Shown: positions 47,366-55,837 of the stretch, piece after piece | Layout: every line of letters starts with the position of its first letter | How positions within the stretch are numbered: the first letter of the stretch is position 1 | Source: a virus | Virus record (IMG/VR): IMGVR_UViG_3300025598_000024 | Span: 1 to 64,000 of that record | Strand: one strand, 5' to 3' | Length of the DNA stretch: 64,000 nucleotides | Notes under the pieces: generated by a model | Databases searched by the model: none | Told to the model about the DNA's origin: nothing | Seen by the model: only the letters and a program-made list of their open reading frames with translations | Translations under genes and position numbers: made by a program

Positions 47366-47716
47366 CTACTCCATCACGTTCCGGCCCTTGCGGTAACGCA
47401 GTCGGTGTTTCTTGACTGGTTCCTTGAAGGCATCTACTCTTAGCACTATCAGCCTGAGCTGTCTGTCCGTCATCTTATCAGCTCTTCGCAGAGCGTGTGC
47501 AATCCTGAGGATATCGTTCAGACTGTACCTACGGCGATTGCTTTCGGTGCGGTGAGCGACAATGGGATTGGCCTGATTATCAAACAGGTACTTCTCTTTC
47601 TTTCTGAGGGCGTTGGCTGTCATGTCAAAGAATGCAGCAGCCATCGTGGTGTTGAACAGCAGTTCATCATCCCGAATGGGGATGACCCTCTTTCTACTAC
47701 TTGAGCTTTCTGACAT
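47366..47716 (-). CDS. MerR-like HTH DNA-binding protein
   Basis: AA.FF......LR..E......R...N.RRYSL.DI. Confidence 0.7.
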   Translation of the reverse strand: MSESSSSRKRVIPIRDDELLFNTTMAAAFFDMTANALRKKEKYLFDNQANPIVAHRTESNRRRYSLNDILRIAHALRRADKMTDRQLRLIVLRVDAFKEPVKKHRLRYRKGRNVME

Positions 47717-48371
47717 ACACAGCCGTCTTGATCTTGCCAGGCGTAGCTGCCTTGACAATCTGCTCCATGCCAACTGTGCCCAGGGCCAGTTGCTTTTCCA
47801 GAGCTTCTTCATTGAGCTCGTACGTGGTGGTCTTGCTCATCTCAACACTACCATCAGCGAACTCAGTGGTGGTGTGAGTAGTGACCATATTGGTCACGCT
47901 CTTGAACTGTTCTGCATCCAGCACGGTCTTGAGCAGATCAACATCCACAGTAAGCTTGCCACCGCTGACTTCCTTGCTGATCTTGATACCGTTATCAGGA
48001 CTGACCAGAAAGCCACTCTTCTCTGATGGGTCATCTCCGGTAGCACTGATGCGGTAGTTGATAATATCAGTGGCATACGCCTTGAGTGCGCTCTCACGGC
48101 CTTCGATTAAATCCTTGGCATTACGCACTGCGACAAGTTCTTCTGCCATGAGATCGATCTGCACTGGCGTGGCATTGCTGACAATGGTGGTATCAGTCAT
48201 GCCGATGATCTCGTACACGCTGGTAAGCACACCATCAATGTCAGCCAGGTTCACGTTCTCTTCGCTGAGCTTGCGGTTTGCAGCACGACTGGTGAGTGTT
48301 GATTCTTCTGGTACCAAGCTTGGGATCAGCGACAGCTTTTCGTCCTTGCGCTTTGGCATGATGTACTTCAT
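47697..48371 (-). CDS. hypothetical protein
   Basis: AAGGAG RBS. Confidence 0.7.
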   Translation of the reverse strand: MKYIMPKRKDEKLSLIPSLVPEESTLTSRAANRKLSEENVNLADIDGVLTSVYEIIGMTDTTIVSNATPVQIDLMAEELVAVRNAKDLIEGRESALKAYATDIINYRISATGDDPSEKSGFLVSPDNGIKISKEVSGGKLTVDVDLLKTVLDAEQFKSVTNMVTTHTTTEFADGSVEMSKTTTYELNEEALEKQLALGTVGMEQIVKAATPGKIKTAVYVRKLK

Positions 48372-48381
48372 TGTTTTCTCC

Positions 48382-48951
48382 TTACTGGATTTGCTCTACT
48401 TGTAGAGACCTTGTAGTAGTAACCCACAACGGGCCACCAACTCCTAGTGCTGTCAGTGTAGCACGTCTTGCTGCTTCAATCACATCACCCTTGGTCCATG
48501 GCCCGGTGTTACCCAGGCTTCCAAGGGCTTCGCTGATGCCACTACCGATAGCATAGCGCCCACTGGCAGGGATTGCAACACCAAAGGAATCATCAATCAC
48601 TGCCAGGTTGTTTTGCCAGGCCATGATGATGCTACCATCAAAACTCTCGGTGCGCTTGCTCACTGACATAGCTCCATGATACTGCAGTGCTTCACGCATC
48701 CTGGTGACAACTTCTTTCACCATAAACTCTTCAACGTCATGGTCATCACGGAAGTGTGGCCAGTCTACCCAGTGCTTGATCACCTGCATGGAACGTACGT
48801 TACCACAGCCACCAAAGATAAACCGATGCTGCGGTGCTACCCACAGCTTGCTCGAACCATCATCATCCTTGGTGTAGTCCCAGGTTAGTTCGGAATCACC
48901 AACGATAACAACACCATCTTTACGCGTGATTGCAGCAGCGATAACAGTCAT
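48382..48951 (-). CDS. Ntn-hydrolase, HslV/proteasome beta-like peptidase
   Basis: M-T N-terminus, GDS, K, AIGSG...ALG.L. Confidence 0.8.
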   Translation of the reverse strand: MTVIAAAITRKDGVVIVGDSELTWDYTKDDDGSSKLWVAPQHRFIFGGCGNVRSMQVIKHWVDWPHFRDDHDVEEFMVKEVVTRMREALQYHGAMSVSKRTESFDGSIIMAWQNNLAVIDDSFGVAIPASGRYAIGSGISEALGSLGNTGPWTKGDVIEAARRATLTALGVGGPLWVTTTRSLQVEQIQ

Positions 48952-49784
48952 AGGTATTCCTTCTTTAACCTTTCCAGGTATACTCTACAATAGTCTACGT
49001 TTTCTTCTTTAGCAGTCAGGCAACCGTACACCCTACGGTTATCAATGATCTGTGGTATGCCATAGATTCTCAGATTGTAAGCAAACGTTATGTACTCGCA
49101 ACCTTCGGGATGACCATTCTGGTAGCTGACTCTGTCAAACACATCACTGCGTATAAGATATGTACAGTGTACTATACCCACCTCGAACAGTCCAATAATC
49201 TGCCGTTGCAAAATAGTATAGTAAAACGTATCAAAGTCACCGTTTGTATTGTGGGTATCCCCACAGTCCATCACAGTTACATCAAAGTTGCTGTATGTAG
49301 AGTTACTGGGGAACGGGCCGGACGCTTCATTCTCATCGCATGCATAGCTTAGCATGGGAGCGATCACAGGCATGTTGGCTTCTACCATAGCATCCAGGGT
49401 TTCTGGAACCAGGAAATTGTCAACGTCGCTAGTAAAATAATAATCACAGCCTTCTTCTACAGCTGCGATAAAGCCTTTGGTACGCACGGCTCGCATAACA
49501 CGCTGCCTGTCAGCATTCCATTCATGAGTGGTGTATTTAGTTATAGGAGCTTGTAGATCATAGTCTTCAAATATAACTTTTTTGTACAGGTCAGACACTT
49601 TGGCTGTCCACTCTGACAGGATCTCACGACTTCTATCCTGGTTGTTATTAGTCTTAACATAGAGAATGATCCTATCCTTAGGATAGGACCACTGCTCTAA
49701 TGTTTCCAGGTAGAACGGTAGTGTATGTTCCTTGTCCTTCACTAGGACATGGACAAGCACTAACGGTTTAGTACTCATAGTCAT
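48948..49784 (-). CDS. GT-A glycosyltransferase (PLOD/collagen galactosyltransferase-like)
   Basis: YPKDRI...NN.D...DVD...IAPML...VHCTYLIR. Confidence 0.75.
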   Translation of the reverse strand: MTMSTKPLVLVHVLVKDKEHTLPFYLETLEQWSYPKDRIILYVKTNNNQDRSREILSEWTAKVSDLYKKVIFEDYDLQAPITKYTTHEWNADRQRVMRAVRTKGFIAAVEEGCDYYFTSDVDNFLVPETLDAMVEANMPVIAPMLSYACDENEASGPFPSNSTYSNFDVTVMDCGDTHNTNGDFDTFYYTILQRQIIGLFEVGIVHCTYLIRSDVFDRVSYQNGHPEGCEYITFAYNLRIYGIPQIIDNRRVYGCLTAKEENVDYCRVYLERLKKEYL

Positions 49785-50070
49785 CCGTCACTGGTGCCAG
49801 GTCACTGTCGGGGTTGCGTTCGACGGGAGCTGGTTCGCTAGCAACAGCTGGCTGCTGCTCACTTATAAGTTCTTTGACAACGCTGGCGAACTGTGGCCCA
49901 ACAACGTCATCCCACATGGCAGAGAACTGGTCTTGCAAAGCATCGACTACGATCTCACCATCAACCAGCTTGATCTCACAGCCAACCTCTGGCTTGATCC
50001 AGTCCCACTCACCTTTGGAGTTGCGCACCTGAAGAGTTGCGCCAATACTTACATTAAGCTTCAGTTCCAT
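49768..50070 (-). CDS. hypothetical protein
   Basis: GAGGA RBS before MELKLNV. Confidence 0.65.
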   Translation of the reverse strand: MELKLNVSIGATLQVRNSKGEWDWIKPEVGCEIKLVDGEIVVDALQDQFSAMWDDVVGPQFASVVKELISEQQPAVASEPAPVERNPDSDLAPVTDDYEY

Positions 50071-50437
50071 TTTCTTCCTCTGTTCCTTTGACGTAGTTGA
50101 TGAGGCTAAGGGCATACAGTGCCCTGTCGATGATATCACCATCAGGGGTAGGACAGTGCTCAAGGTATCTATCCAACAGTTCTGAGAGTGAACTCTCCAG
50201 CTTTTGGATGCCTGCCTCATAGAAAACGTATTCGTTAACAGTAACTATCTGCTGGTCTTCTGGTAGTTCAGAAAAATCTTCTGGCTCTTCCAGAAGAAAT
50301 TCTTTTTGGTTCTTGCTCATCTTTCTGATCTTGTTGAATAAATAGATGCCAGCAATGCTTTTGCCAATGCCTTCCATCTTGCCCTTCACGTCAGCTGGCT
50401 TGTAATCCATGTCCAGCTCATACTTGTATGGTTCCAT
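50054..50437 (-). CDS. hypothetical protein
   Basis: AAGGAG RBS. Confidence 0.65.
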   Translation of the reverse strand: MEPYKYELDMDYKPADVKGKMEGIGKSIAGIYLFNKIRKMSKNQKEFLLEEPEDFSELPEDQQIVTVNEYVFYEAGIQKLESSLSELLDRYLEHCPTPDGDIIDRALYALSLINYVKGTEEENGTEA

Positions 50438-50462
50438 GTTGCTCCTTACTTGTTGTTAATGC

Positions 50463-50552
50463 TGGCGGAAGCAGTGGGATTCGAACCCACGGAGCGCTTG
50501 CACACTCAACGGTTTAGCAAACCGTCCCATTAGGCCACTCAGGCATGCTTCC
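50463..50552 (-). tRNA. tRNA-Ser(GCT)
   Basis: cloverleaf with long variable arm, GGTTCGAATCC, encoded CCA. Confidence 0.92.
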
Positions 50553-50557
50553 AGACT

Positions 50558-50947
50558 TTAGTCGCAGCAGCTGTCCCGCCAGCCACATCCACCACACTTG
50601 TAGTGAGCATGCTCTGGCTTGAGGTCTGAACCACACTGTGGACAGTCCATGAAAACTGCGAGGGGGTTATGCTGCTGCTTGTCCCACTCTACACTACCAC
50701 AGCACCCATCGCAACCGTGCACGCTGGTCTCTTTGAGCTCTGTGATCCTGTACTCATCTGGATCAGGATGACCAATACCATGAGTGCAGATGCGTTCCAT
50801 GATACCACGGTCAGTTCTCCAGTGCTGTGGAAAAGACCGCATGGAATGATCAGACATGTTGTGAATGGTGCACTGTTGCCCATTGCACTGATCGCTGTCA
50901 TGAACCATCAAGTAGACATCAGAGTTTTCTAACTGAACACGTTCCAT
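50558..50947 (-). CDS. His/Cys-rich protein with C-terminal zinc ribbon
   Basis: CTIH...ERIC.HGIGHPDPD...HGCDGCC; CPQCG. Confidence 0.65.
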   Translation of the reverse strand: MERVQLENSDVYLMVHDSDQCNGQQCTIHNMSDHSMRSFPQHWRTDRGIMERICTHGIGHPDPDEYRITELKETSVHGCDGCCGSVEWDKQQHNPLAVFMDCPQCGSDLKPEHAHYKCGGCGWRDSCCD

Positions 50948-50965
50948 ACTAATCCTTTTTACTGC

Positions 50966-51034
50966 AGTGGACATTGAGGGACTCGAACCCCCGACCCTCT
51001 GGATGTAAGCCAGATGCTCTAACCAACTGAGCTA
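50966..51034 (-). pseudogene. 69-bp duplicate of tRNA-Val lacking a matching 5' acceptor strand
   Basis: identical to 52544-52612. Confidence 0.85.
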
Positions 51035-51051
51035 CCAAGGCCTATAGTTCT

Positions 51052-51080
51052 AGTATAGTGGTTACCTTGTTCGAGTGCAA
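51052..51080 (-). promoter_or_regulatory. sigma70-like promoter upstream of the pseudo-tRNA
   Basis: TTGCAC-N17-TATACT. Confidence 0.6.
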
Positions 51081-51154
51081 CTCTTAGCAAGAGTAGAGAT
51101 TGACCACTATGCCATTGACCTTAAGGATTTCCACGGCCTTGTTTGATGAAGCCG

Positions 51155-52423
51155 TTAAATCGACAGAATGCCACCTTGCCTCGGGCCATCCTTGATTGCG
51201 ATCAAGTTGGCGTTCACGTAGCTTATGTCGTGTTCACGGTGCCAATCATTCGGGAAGAACGTAATCAGGCGACTTACCTGGAATCGGCACGTGATCTGGG
51301 GCACGAAGTTGGCGTAGTTGCGATCCGTGAAGTACCAAAAGCTGTTCTCGTTGTAGAACGCTACGTGGGTGGGGTCTTGGAATGCACCACGACCGTCCGT
51401 GCTGGGAGTCAAGGAGAGCAGGATGCCACCGTGTGCGAGCACTCGGTAAAGCTCGTTGAACAACGTCACCTTGTCGGGAATGTGCTCGAGGAAGTCACGA
51501 GCTCGAATGACGCCGACCGAGTTATCAGGCAGCGGGATGCCCTTCGTCACATCAGCCACGATGTCGACACCCGGCCGCTCGTACTGATCCACACCGACGT
51601 ACTGGGGGTGCTTGTTGTGGGCCGCACCGAGGTCGAGGGCGAGCAGGCCCTCACGCTTCGCCCACGCCAGCGCATTGCCTTCGACGTAGGAGTCATACAG
51701 GGCAACCGTGTCGGTTTGGATCGCCTGGTTGATCGTGGGGTCAGACTGGGTATTCCTCGAGTGGACCCGCTGGAGGTAGAGGCACTGGTCGATGAGGTGG
51801 AACGCCGTGTGCTGGAACAGCCGGCACATCAGGTCTTGGTCGTCAAGCACCGTCAGCTCAGGGTTGTACCCACCAGCTGCGTCGTAGGTGGTCTTGCGAA
51901 AGGCTCGGAGGTGGTTCGGTGCGTACCAGATGTAACTAACGTTTTGTGGATACGGCAACATTGAGTTGCACTGCAACACTGATTGGCCGTTCACCTCGAC
52001 TTCGGTGTACTCCCAACCGTGGGCCGGGTTGAAACGCTGATCGTTTCGTGAACCATCTTCATTAATCTGTGCACATTGGCTATAGACGAAACCAACCGAT
52101 GGGTTGGCATCAAAAGCAGCGACCACTTCAGCCAAGGCTTCTTGAGCCAACAAGTCATCGTGGTCGAGTTCCAACAAGAACTCACCACGAGTTTGCTCGC
52201 AGGCATAACGCTTTGCTGCTCCAACACCATGCAGATCGTTGTTCTGCAACACTCGAACCCGAGGATCAGCAACCGGCGGACGCCAGTTGGCTCCATTGTT
52301 CATCACAACAACCCACTCCCAATCGGAGAAGGTCTGAGCTACGAGGCTGTCAAAACATTCATTCAGGAACGTTGGACGGTGGCTCGGCGTGAAGACGCTG
52401 ATGCGCGGTTCGGTGGGGCTCAC
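51155..52423 (-). CDS. GT2 glycosyltransferase fused to class I SAM methyltransferase
   Basis: ISVFTP...LDHDD...DQDL; LDLGA..DFLEH..ELYRVL..GG..DPTH. Confidence 0.88.
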   Translation of the reverse strand: MSPTEPRISVFTPSHRPTFLNECFDSLVAQTFSDWEWVVVMNNGANWRPPVADPRVRVLQNNDLHGVGAAKRYACEQTRGEFLLELDHDDLLAQEALAEVVAAFDANPSVGFVYSQCAQINEDGSRNDQRFNPAHGWEYTEVEVNGQSVLQCNSMLPYPQNVSYIWYAPNHLRAFRKTTYDAAGGYNPELTVLDDQDLMCRLFQHTAFHLIDQCLYLQRVHSRNTQSDPTINQAIQTDTVALYDSYVEGNALAWAKREGLLALDLGAAHNKHPQYVGVDQYERPGVDIVADVTKGIPLPDNSVGVIRARDFLEHIPDKVTLFNELYRVLAHGGILLSLTPSTDGRGAFQDPTHVAFYNENSFWYFTDRNYANFVPQITCRFQVSRLITFFPNDWHREHDISYVNANLIAIKDGPRQGGILSI

Positions 52424-52524
52424 TTCTTCGGACGCAGAATGGCCGGCTTAATCCAGTCCCACTCTCCTTTGGCATTCTTGACCTGGAGAGTTGCTCCTAT
52501 ACTGACGCTGAGTTTAATTTCCAT
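52420..52524 (-). pseudogene. truncated divergent copy of gene 49768-50070
   Basis: MEIKLSVSIGATLQVKNAKGEWDWIKP versus MELKLNVSIGATLQVRNSKGEWDWIKP. Confidence 0.8.
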
Positions 52525-52545
52525 GTTTTCCTTTCTTACTTGGAG

Positions 52546-52619
52546 TGGACATTGAGGGACTCGAACCCCCGACCCTCTGGATGTAAGCCAGATGCTCTAA
52601 CCAACTGAGCTAAATGTCC
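52546..52619 (-). tRNA. tRNA-Val(TAC)
   Basis: cloverleaf, loop CTTACAT. Confidence 0.92.
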
Positions 52620-52802
52620 TAAAAATTGCTACTCTTCAGGTGGAGAAAAGAGATACAATTCTTCTGTGTCATAAGCCTGTAAATCATCTGGGAATGATGA
52701 AAACTCTACTACTGCTTTACCATCAGAAGTAAAGCCAATAATCTTTCCAATTTCGATTGCTACGTAATCACCAGCTTTTAATGTCATTTGTTTGCCTTTC
52801 TT

Positions 52803-53027
52803 TTAGTTGACGTACGTGATCTTACCACGTTCTGCATCAGTGTCAAACTCTAGTGGGATCTCTGTGAGCAGGTCCCAGATCTGCACTGCATCGCATGGCC
52901 ATGAGATATTGTACACGCCGTTTGGCCCTGCGCAACCACGGCACAGGCTAACGCTAGTGCCAGCGCCTTGTGCCTGGATCATTGGTGAGTGCTTCATTAC
53001 CAGTTCGTATGGTGCATAGTTGTTCAT
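52803..53027 (-). CDS. small zinc-binding protein
   Basis: KH...CRGC...WPCD. Confidence 0.6.
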   Translation of the reverse strand: MNNYAPYELVMKHSPMIQAQGAGTSVSLCRGCAGPNGVYNISWPCDAVQIWDLLTEIPLEFDTDAERGKITYVN

Positions 53028-53701
53028 GGTGCGACCCTACCATTCTCGTTCCATGCCTCGTATGTTACCGGCATGGCTTGTTTAAAAAACTCTTCGACAG
53101 CACGAGCATAGTCCTGAATCTCCTGTTGTGCATGCCGCTCTGCTCTAAGGCTCAAGAACGCCATCAATGACCTGGCGTTCACTGTCCAGATCCATTCAGT
53201 GTATGCGTTCACTGGCAGTACAATGCGTGCCAGCTCTGGTGCTACCCCACATGCTAGCAGAGTTTTGTAGCCCTGGAATGCACTGCTTGACGCTGAGTCA
53301 ATCAGCCCTGCGATAGCAGGTTCATTCATGACTTCGTACTCGTAGGCTCCTGGCTTGCCAACACGCTTGCGGATGTGATCACGGTCAGGAACATAGTAGC
53401 CCATGTCGATCTCGGTGTAACGACCGCTCACCTCATTGAATGAGTTGCCAATACGATGACGGATCCATTCCCTGGCCACAAAGATTGGCAGGCGAACACA
53501 GAACTTGAAGTAGGTGTGTTCGAATGGTGAACCATGCCGGTTACGCATAAGGTAACCGATCAGTTTGTCATCGCCAGGTTCCATCTGTTCATGGCTGGTA
53601 TGGAAAGACACGCGTGCAGCGTTAACCACGTCCAGGTCACTGGCACTGCTGTCTAACAGTGTGACGAACCCATCGTTATGTACTTTGATTGTATTTTCCA
53701 T
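53024..53701 (-). CDS. thyX: flavin-dependent thymidylate synthase
   Basis: H.SPFEH, REWIRHR...NEVSGRY, ARIVLP, HAQ.EI. Confidence 0.95.
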   Translation of the reverse strand: MENTIKVHNDGFVTLLDSSASDLDVVNAARVSFHTSHEQMEPGDDKLIGYLMRNRHGSPFEHTYFKFCVRLPIFVAREWIRHRIGNSFNEVSGRYTEIDMGYYVPDRDHIRKRVGKPGAYEYEVMNEPAIAGLIDSASSSAFQGYKTLLACGVAPELARIVLPVNAYTEWIWTVNARSLMAFLSLRAERHAQQEIQDYARAVEEFFKQAMPVTYEAWNENGRVAP

Positions 53702-53777
53702 GGAGCCGAGAGTGGGATTCGAACCCACGACATCTTTATTACAAGTAAAGCACTCTGACCAACTGAGCTATCTCGGC
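53701..53777 (-). tRNA. tRNA-Thr(TGT)
   Basis: cloverleaf, loop CTTGTAA, encoded CCA. Confidence 0.92.
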
Positions 53778-53782
53778 GGGTG

Positions 53783-53855
53783 TACCCCTGGCACGAATCG
53801 AACGCGCAACCTAGTGGGTAGAAACCACTTGCTCTATCCATTGAGCTACAGGGGC
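53783..53855 (-). tRNA. tRNA-Arg(TCT)
   Basis: cloverleaf, loop TTTCTAC. Confidence 0.88.
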
Positions 53856-54039
53856 ATATTCTAGTGGGTGATGTCATGCTCCTTGTCGAACTGCTTGTGA
53901 ATCTTCTGCCAGATCCGTTTACGACCCAGGTAGTAACCCAGTGTGAACACAATGATCTCTTCTATCACACTCACAATGCTTTCCGCAATCAGATGATTGG
54001 GATCGGTGAGAATGCTCCACCAGGTCTCGTGATGCATGG

Positions 54040-54279
54040 CTAACTCCCTGTGTCGTAGATGTTATCGCTGATCCCGTTCTGCCGCAAGATCTCGATTGCC
54101 TCATAGTAGTACGGGTTGCTCATCACACTAGCAGCCGGTGCTGCTGTCTTCAACACACTCTTCACCCACATCTTGTTAGCGTCATAGTTTACGAATGCAT
54201 CGATCAGCTTGGGCTGTACCGGTACCTTGGCCAGTTCCAGGATGATCCTTGCTGCCCATCGTATATCTTTAGTTGTCAT
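54040..54279 (-). CDS. hypothetical protein
   Basis: GGAGG RBS. Confidence 0.65.
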   Translation of the reverse strand: MTTKDIRWAARIILELAKVPVQPKLIDAFVNYDANKMWVKSVLKTAAPAASVMSNPYYYEAIEILRQNGISDNIYDTGS

Positions 54280-54290
54280 TGTTACCTCCG

Positions 54291-54333
54291 TACCCTGAGG
54301 GGGACTTGAACCCCCACCCCATGGAGTATACCA
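54291..54333 (-). pseudogene. 3' half of a split tRNA (Leu-type)
   Basis: variable arm, T-arm GGGGG-TTCAAGT-CCCCC, acceptor TCAGGGT-A. Confidence 0.8.
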
Positions 54334-54783
54334 TTATTTTTTCTTGTGTGCTGCTGTTTTCAATGCATGGCAGTTAGGGCACAAAATTTGTAAGTTCTCC
54401 AAAGAATTATCAAAATGATCACTGTTGATATGGTCTAGCTCTAGCGGTGCTGGTTGCCCCAACCATTCTGTTATCCCACAGACCTCACAAATGGCTTCTT
54501 TAATACCCTCCTTGATAAGTTTTAACCTTAACTTCCCAGAATGGATTGGCTGCCTATTAGATAGGTACTCTTCGATATCAACTTTATTCCTGGCTGGTCT
54601 TCCTTTTGTAAAGCTTTTGCCAACAAAATGTGAGTAATCAATACCTGCTTTTACAGCCCTATTTTTTAAATGGGTTTGTGACCCAGTCATTGGTTTTACG
54701 CCTATTTTTCTGCATGTATCAGCCCATGTAGTAGATGAAGCCACTGCATCAGCCAACTGTTGATCTGTATATCTATGTTTCAT
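54334..54783 (-). CDS. HNH homing endonuclease
   Basis: CEVCG..W...PLELDHI...DN..ENL..LCPNCH. Confidence 0.9.
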   Translation of the reverse strand: MKHRYTDQQLADAVASSTTWADTCRKIGVKPMTGSQTHLKNRAVKAGIDYSHFVGKSFTKGRPARNKVDIEEYLSNRQPIHSGKLRLKLIKEGIKEAICEVCGITEWLGQPAPLELDHINSDHFDNSLENLQILCPNCHALKTAAHKKK

Positions 54784-54837
54784 GTATACTATAACACCAC
54801 GTATACACTTTTACATTGTTTACATTGTTTTATATTG

Positions 54838-54921
54838 TGCCCCCGGTCAGACTCGAACTGACAAGACCTTACGGTCATTACCTCCTAAGGGTAACGTGTT
54901 TACCTATTTCACCACGGGGGC
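54838..54921 (-). tRNA. tRNA-Leu(TAG)
   Basis: cloverleaf with long variable arm, loop CTTAGGA. Confidence 0.9.
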
Positions 54922-54926
54922 ATATC

Positions 54927-54961
54927 AAACCTGGCGCGTCTGCCTATTCCGCCATCAGGGC
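54927..54961 (-). pseudogene. 5' half of a split tRNA (Leu-type)
   Basis: GCCCTGA-TG-GCGGAATAGGCAGACGC-G-CCAGG-TT; acceptor complements the 54291-54333 fragment. Confidence 0.8.
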
Positions 54962-54965
54962 TCTG

Positions 54966-55039
54966 TGCCCCAGGTGGGATTCGAACCCACACTACAAGGA
55001 TTTTAAGTCCTCCTCCTCTGCCTGTTGGGATACTAGGGC
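54966..55039 (-). tRNA. tRNA-Leu(TAA), short variable arm
   Basis: cloverleaf, loop CTTAAAA. Confidence 0.88.
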
Positions 55040-55044
55040 TTCTG

Positions 55045-55126
55045 TGGGCCAGGTAGGATTCGAACCTACGTAGCTTTACGCGGCGGTTTTACAGACCGCT
55101 TCCTTTGGCCGCTCGGACACTGACCC
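55045..55126 (-). tRNA. tRNA-Tyr(GTA)
   Basis: cloverleaf, loop CTGTAAA. Confidence 0.92.
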
Positions 55127-55137
55127 ATTCTACTGCG

Positions 55138-55211
55138 TCGGAATGACAGGATTCGAACCTGCGACATCTGCGTCCCAAACGCAGCGCTCTACCAAGCTGA
55201 GCTACATTCCG
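55138..55211 (-). tRNA. tRNA-Pro(TGG)
   Basis: cloverleaf, loop TTTGGGA. Confidence 0.92.
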
Positions 55212-55221
55212 TATACTGTTG

Positions 55222-55292
55222 TCCTCCTGGAGGGTACCGCCCCCTCTTTTCAGGATTAAAAGTCCCGTACATCACTTTAATGTTTCAGGAGG
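55222..55292 (-). tRNA. atypical tRNA-Lys(TTT)
   Basis: all four stems pair, loop CTTTTAA; non-canonical T-loop GGCGGTA, A8, no D-loop GG. Confidence 0.65.
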
Positions 55293-55770
55293 TTAAATAT
55301 TCTTCTATTGATTCTTTCTTTTTTTCATACCATCCTAGTCTGATGTTGCAACTATAGCACAGTAACCCTCTAACGCTACCAGTTTTGTGATCGTGATCAA
55401 CACAAAAGTTTTTACCAGTAGAGCACCTATCGATCTTGCATATTCCACAGCGATGGTTTTGACCCTCTAGCATACTGTAGTAATCAGCAATAGTCAAACC
55501 AAATTTTCTAGTAGCAGATTTTATATTAAAACAATTTCTACAATATGCATTTTTATTGTTATCACCTTTGTAGGCACCACAGTATAAACATGGTTTTGGT
55601 GATGGTACATAACTGGAGTACCTAACTGAATGCTGTGCTCTAGCTGCGCAGCTTTGAGAACAGTATAATCCTATATTCTTTTTTACTTGATAGGCATATC
55701 TTTTATATACATTGCTACAGTCAGTTCTACTGCATATTACTTGCTCTGATGTTCTAGTAGTCATAGTCAC
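55285..55770 (-). CDS. endonuclease VII-family HNH nuclease, probable homing endonuclease
   Basis: YCS..C N-terminus; Q...CGIC...VDHDH.TG.VRGLLC..CN..LG; AT-rich. Confidence 0.85.
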   Translation of the reverse strand: MTMTTRTSEQVICSRTDCSNVYKRYAYQVKKNIGLYCSQSCAARAQHSVRYSSYVPSPKPCLYCGAYKGDNNKNAYCRNCFNIKSATRKFGLTIADYYSMLEGQNHRCGICKIDRCSTGKNFCVDHDHKTGSVRGLLCYSCNIRLGWYEKKKESIEEYLTS

Positions 55771-55810
55771 TCTCCTGTGGCTACTAGTGCAAGTACAAGT
55801 ATGAATTAAA

Positions 55811-55837
55811 TCACTCTACCAACTGAGTTACAGGGGC
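55811..55837 (-). pseudogene. orphan 5' tRNA fragment (acceptor strand plus D-arm)
   Basis: GCCCCTG-TA-ACTCAGTTGGTAGAGT. Confidence 0.7.

Noticed and set aside
54334-54926. Group I intron in the tRNA-Leu anticodon loop
   Set aside because: The insert is filled by a tRNA, a short AT-rich spacer and an ORF; no P/Q/R/S core or terminal G is visible
54922-54961. tRNA-Ser(TGA) read from TT-TGA-TA
   Set aside because: The D-arm is Leu-type, the anticodon stem has no local 3' partner, and the loop bases lie at the insertion junction
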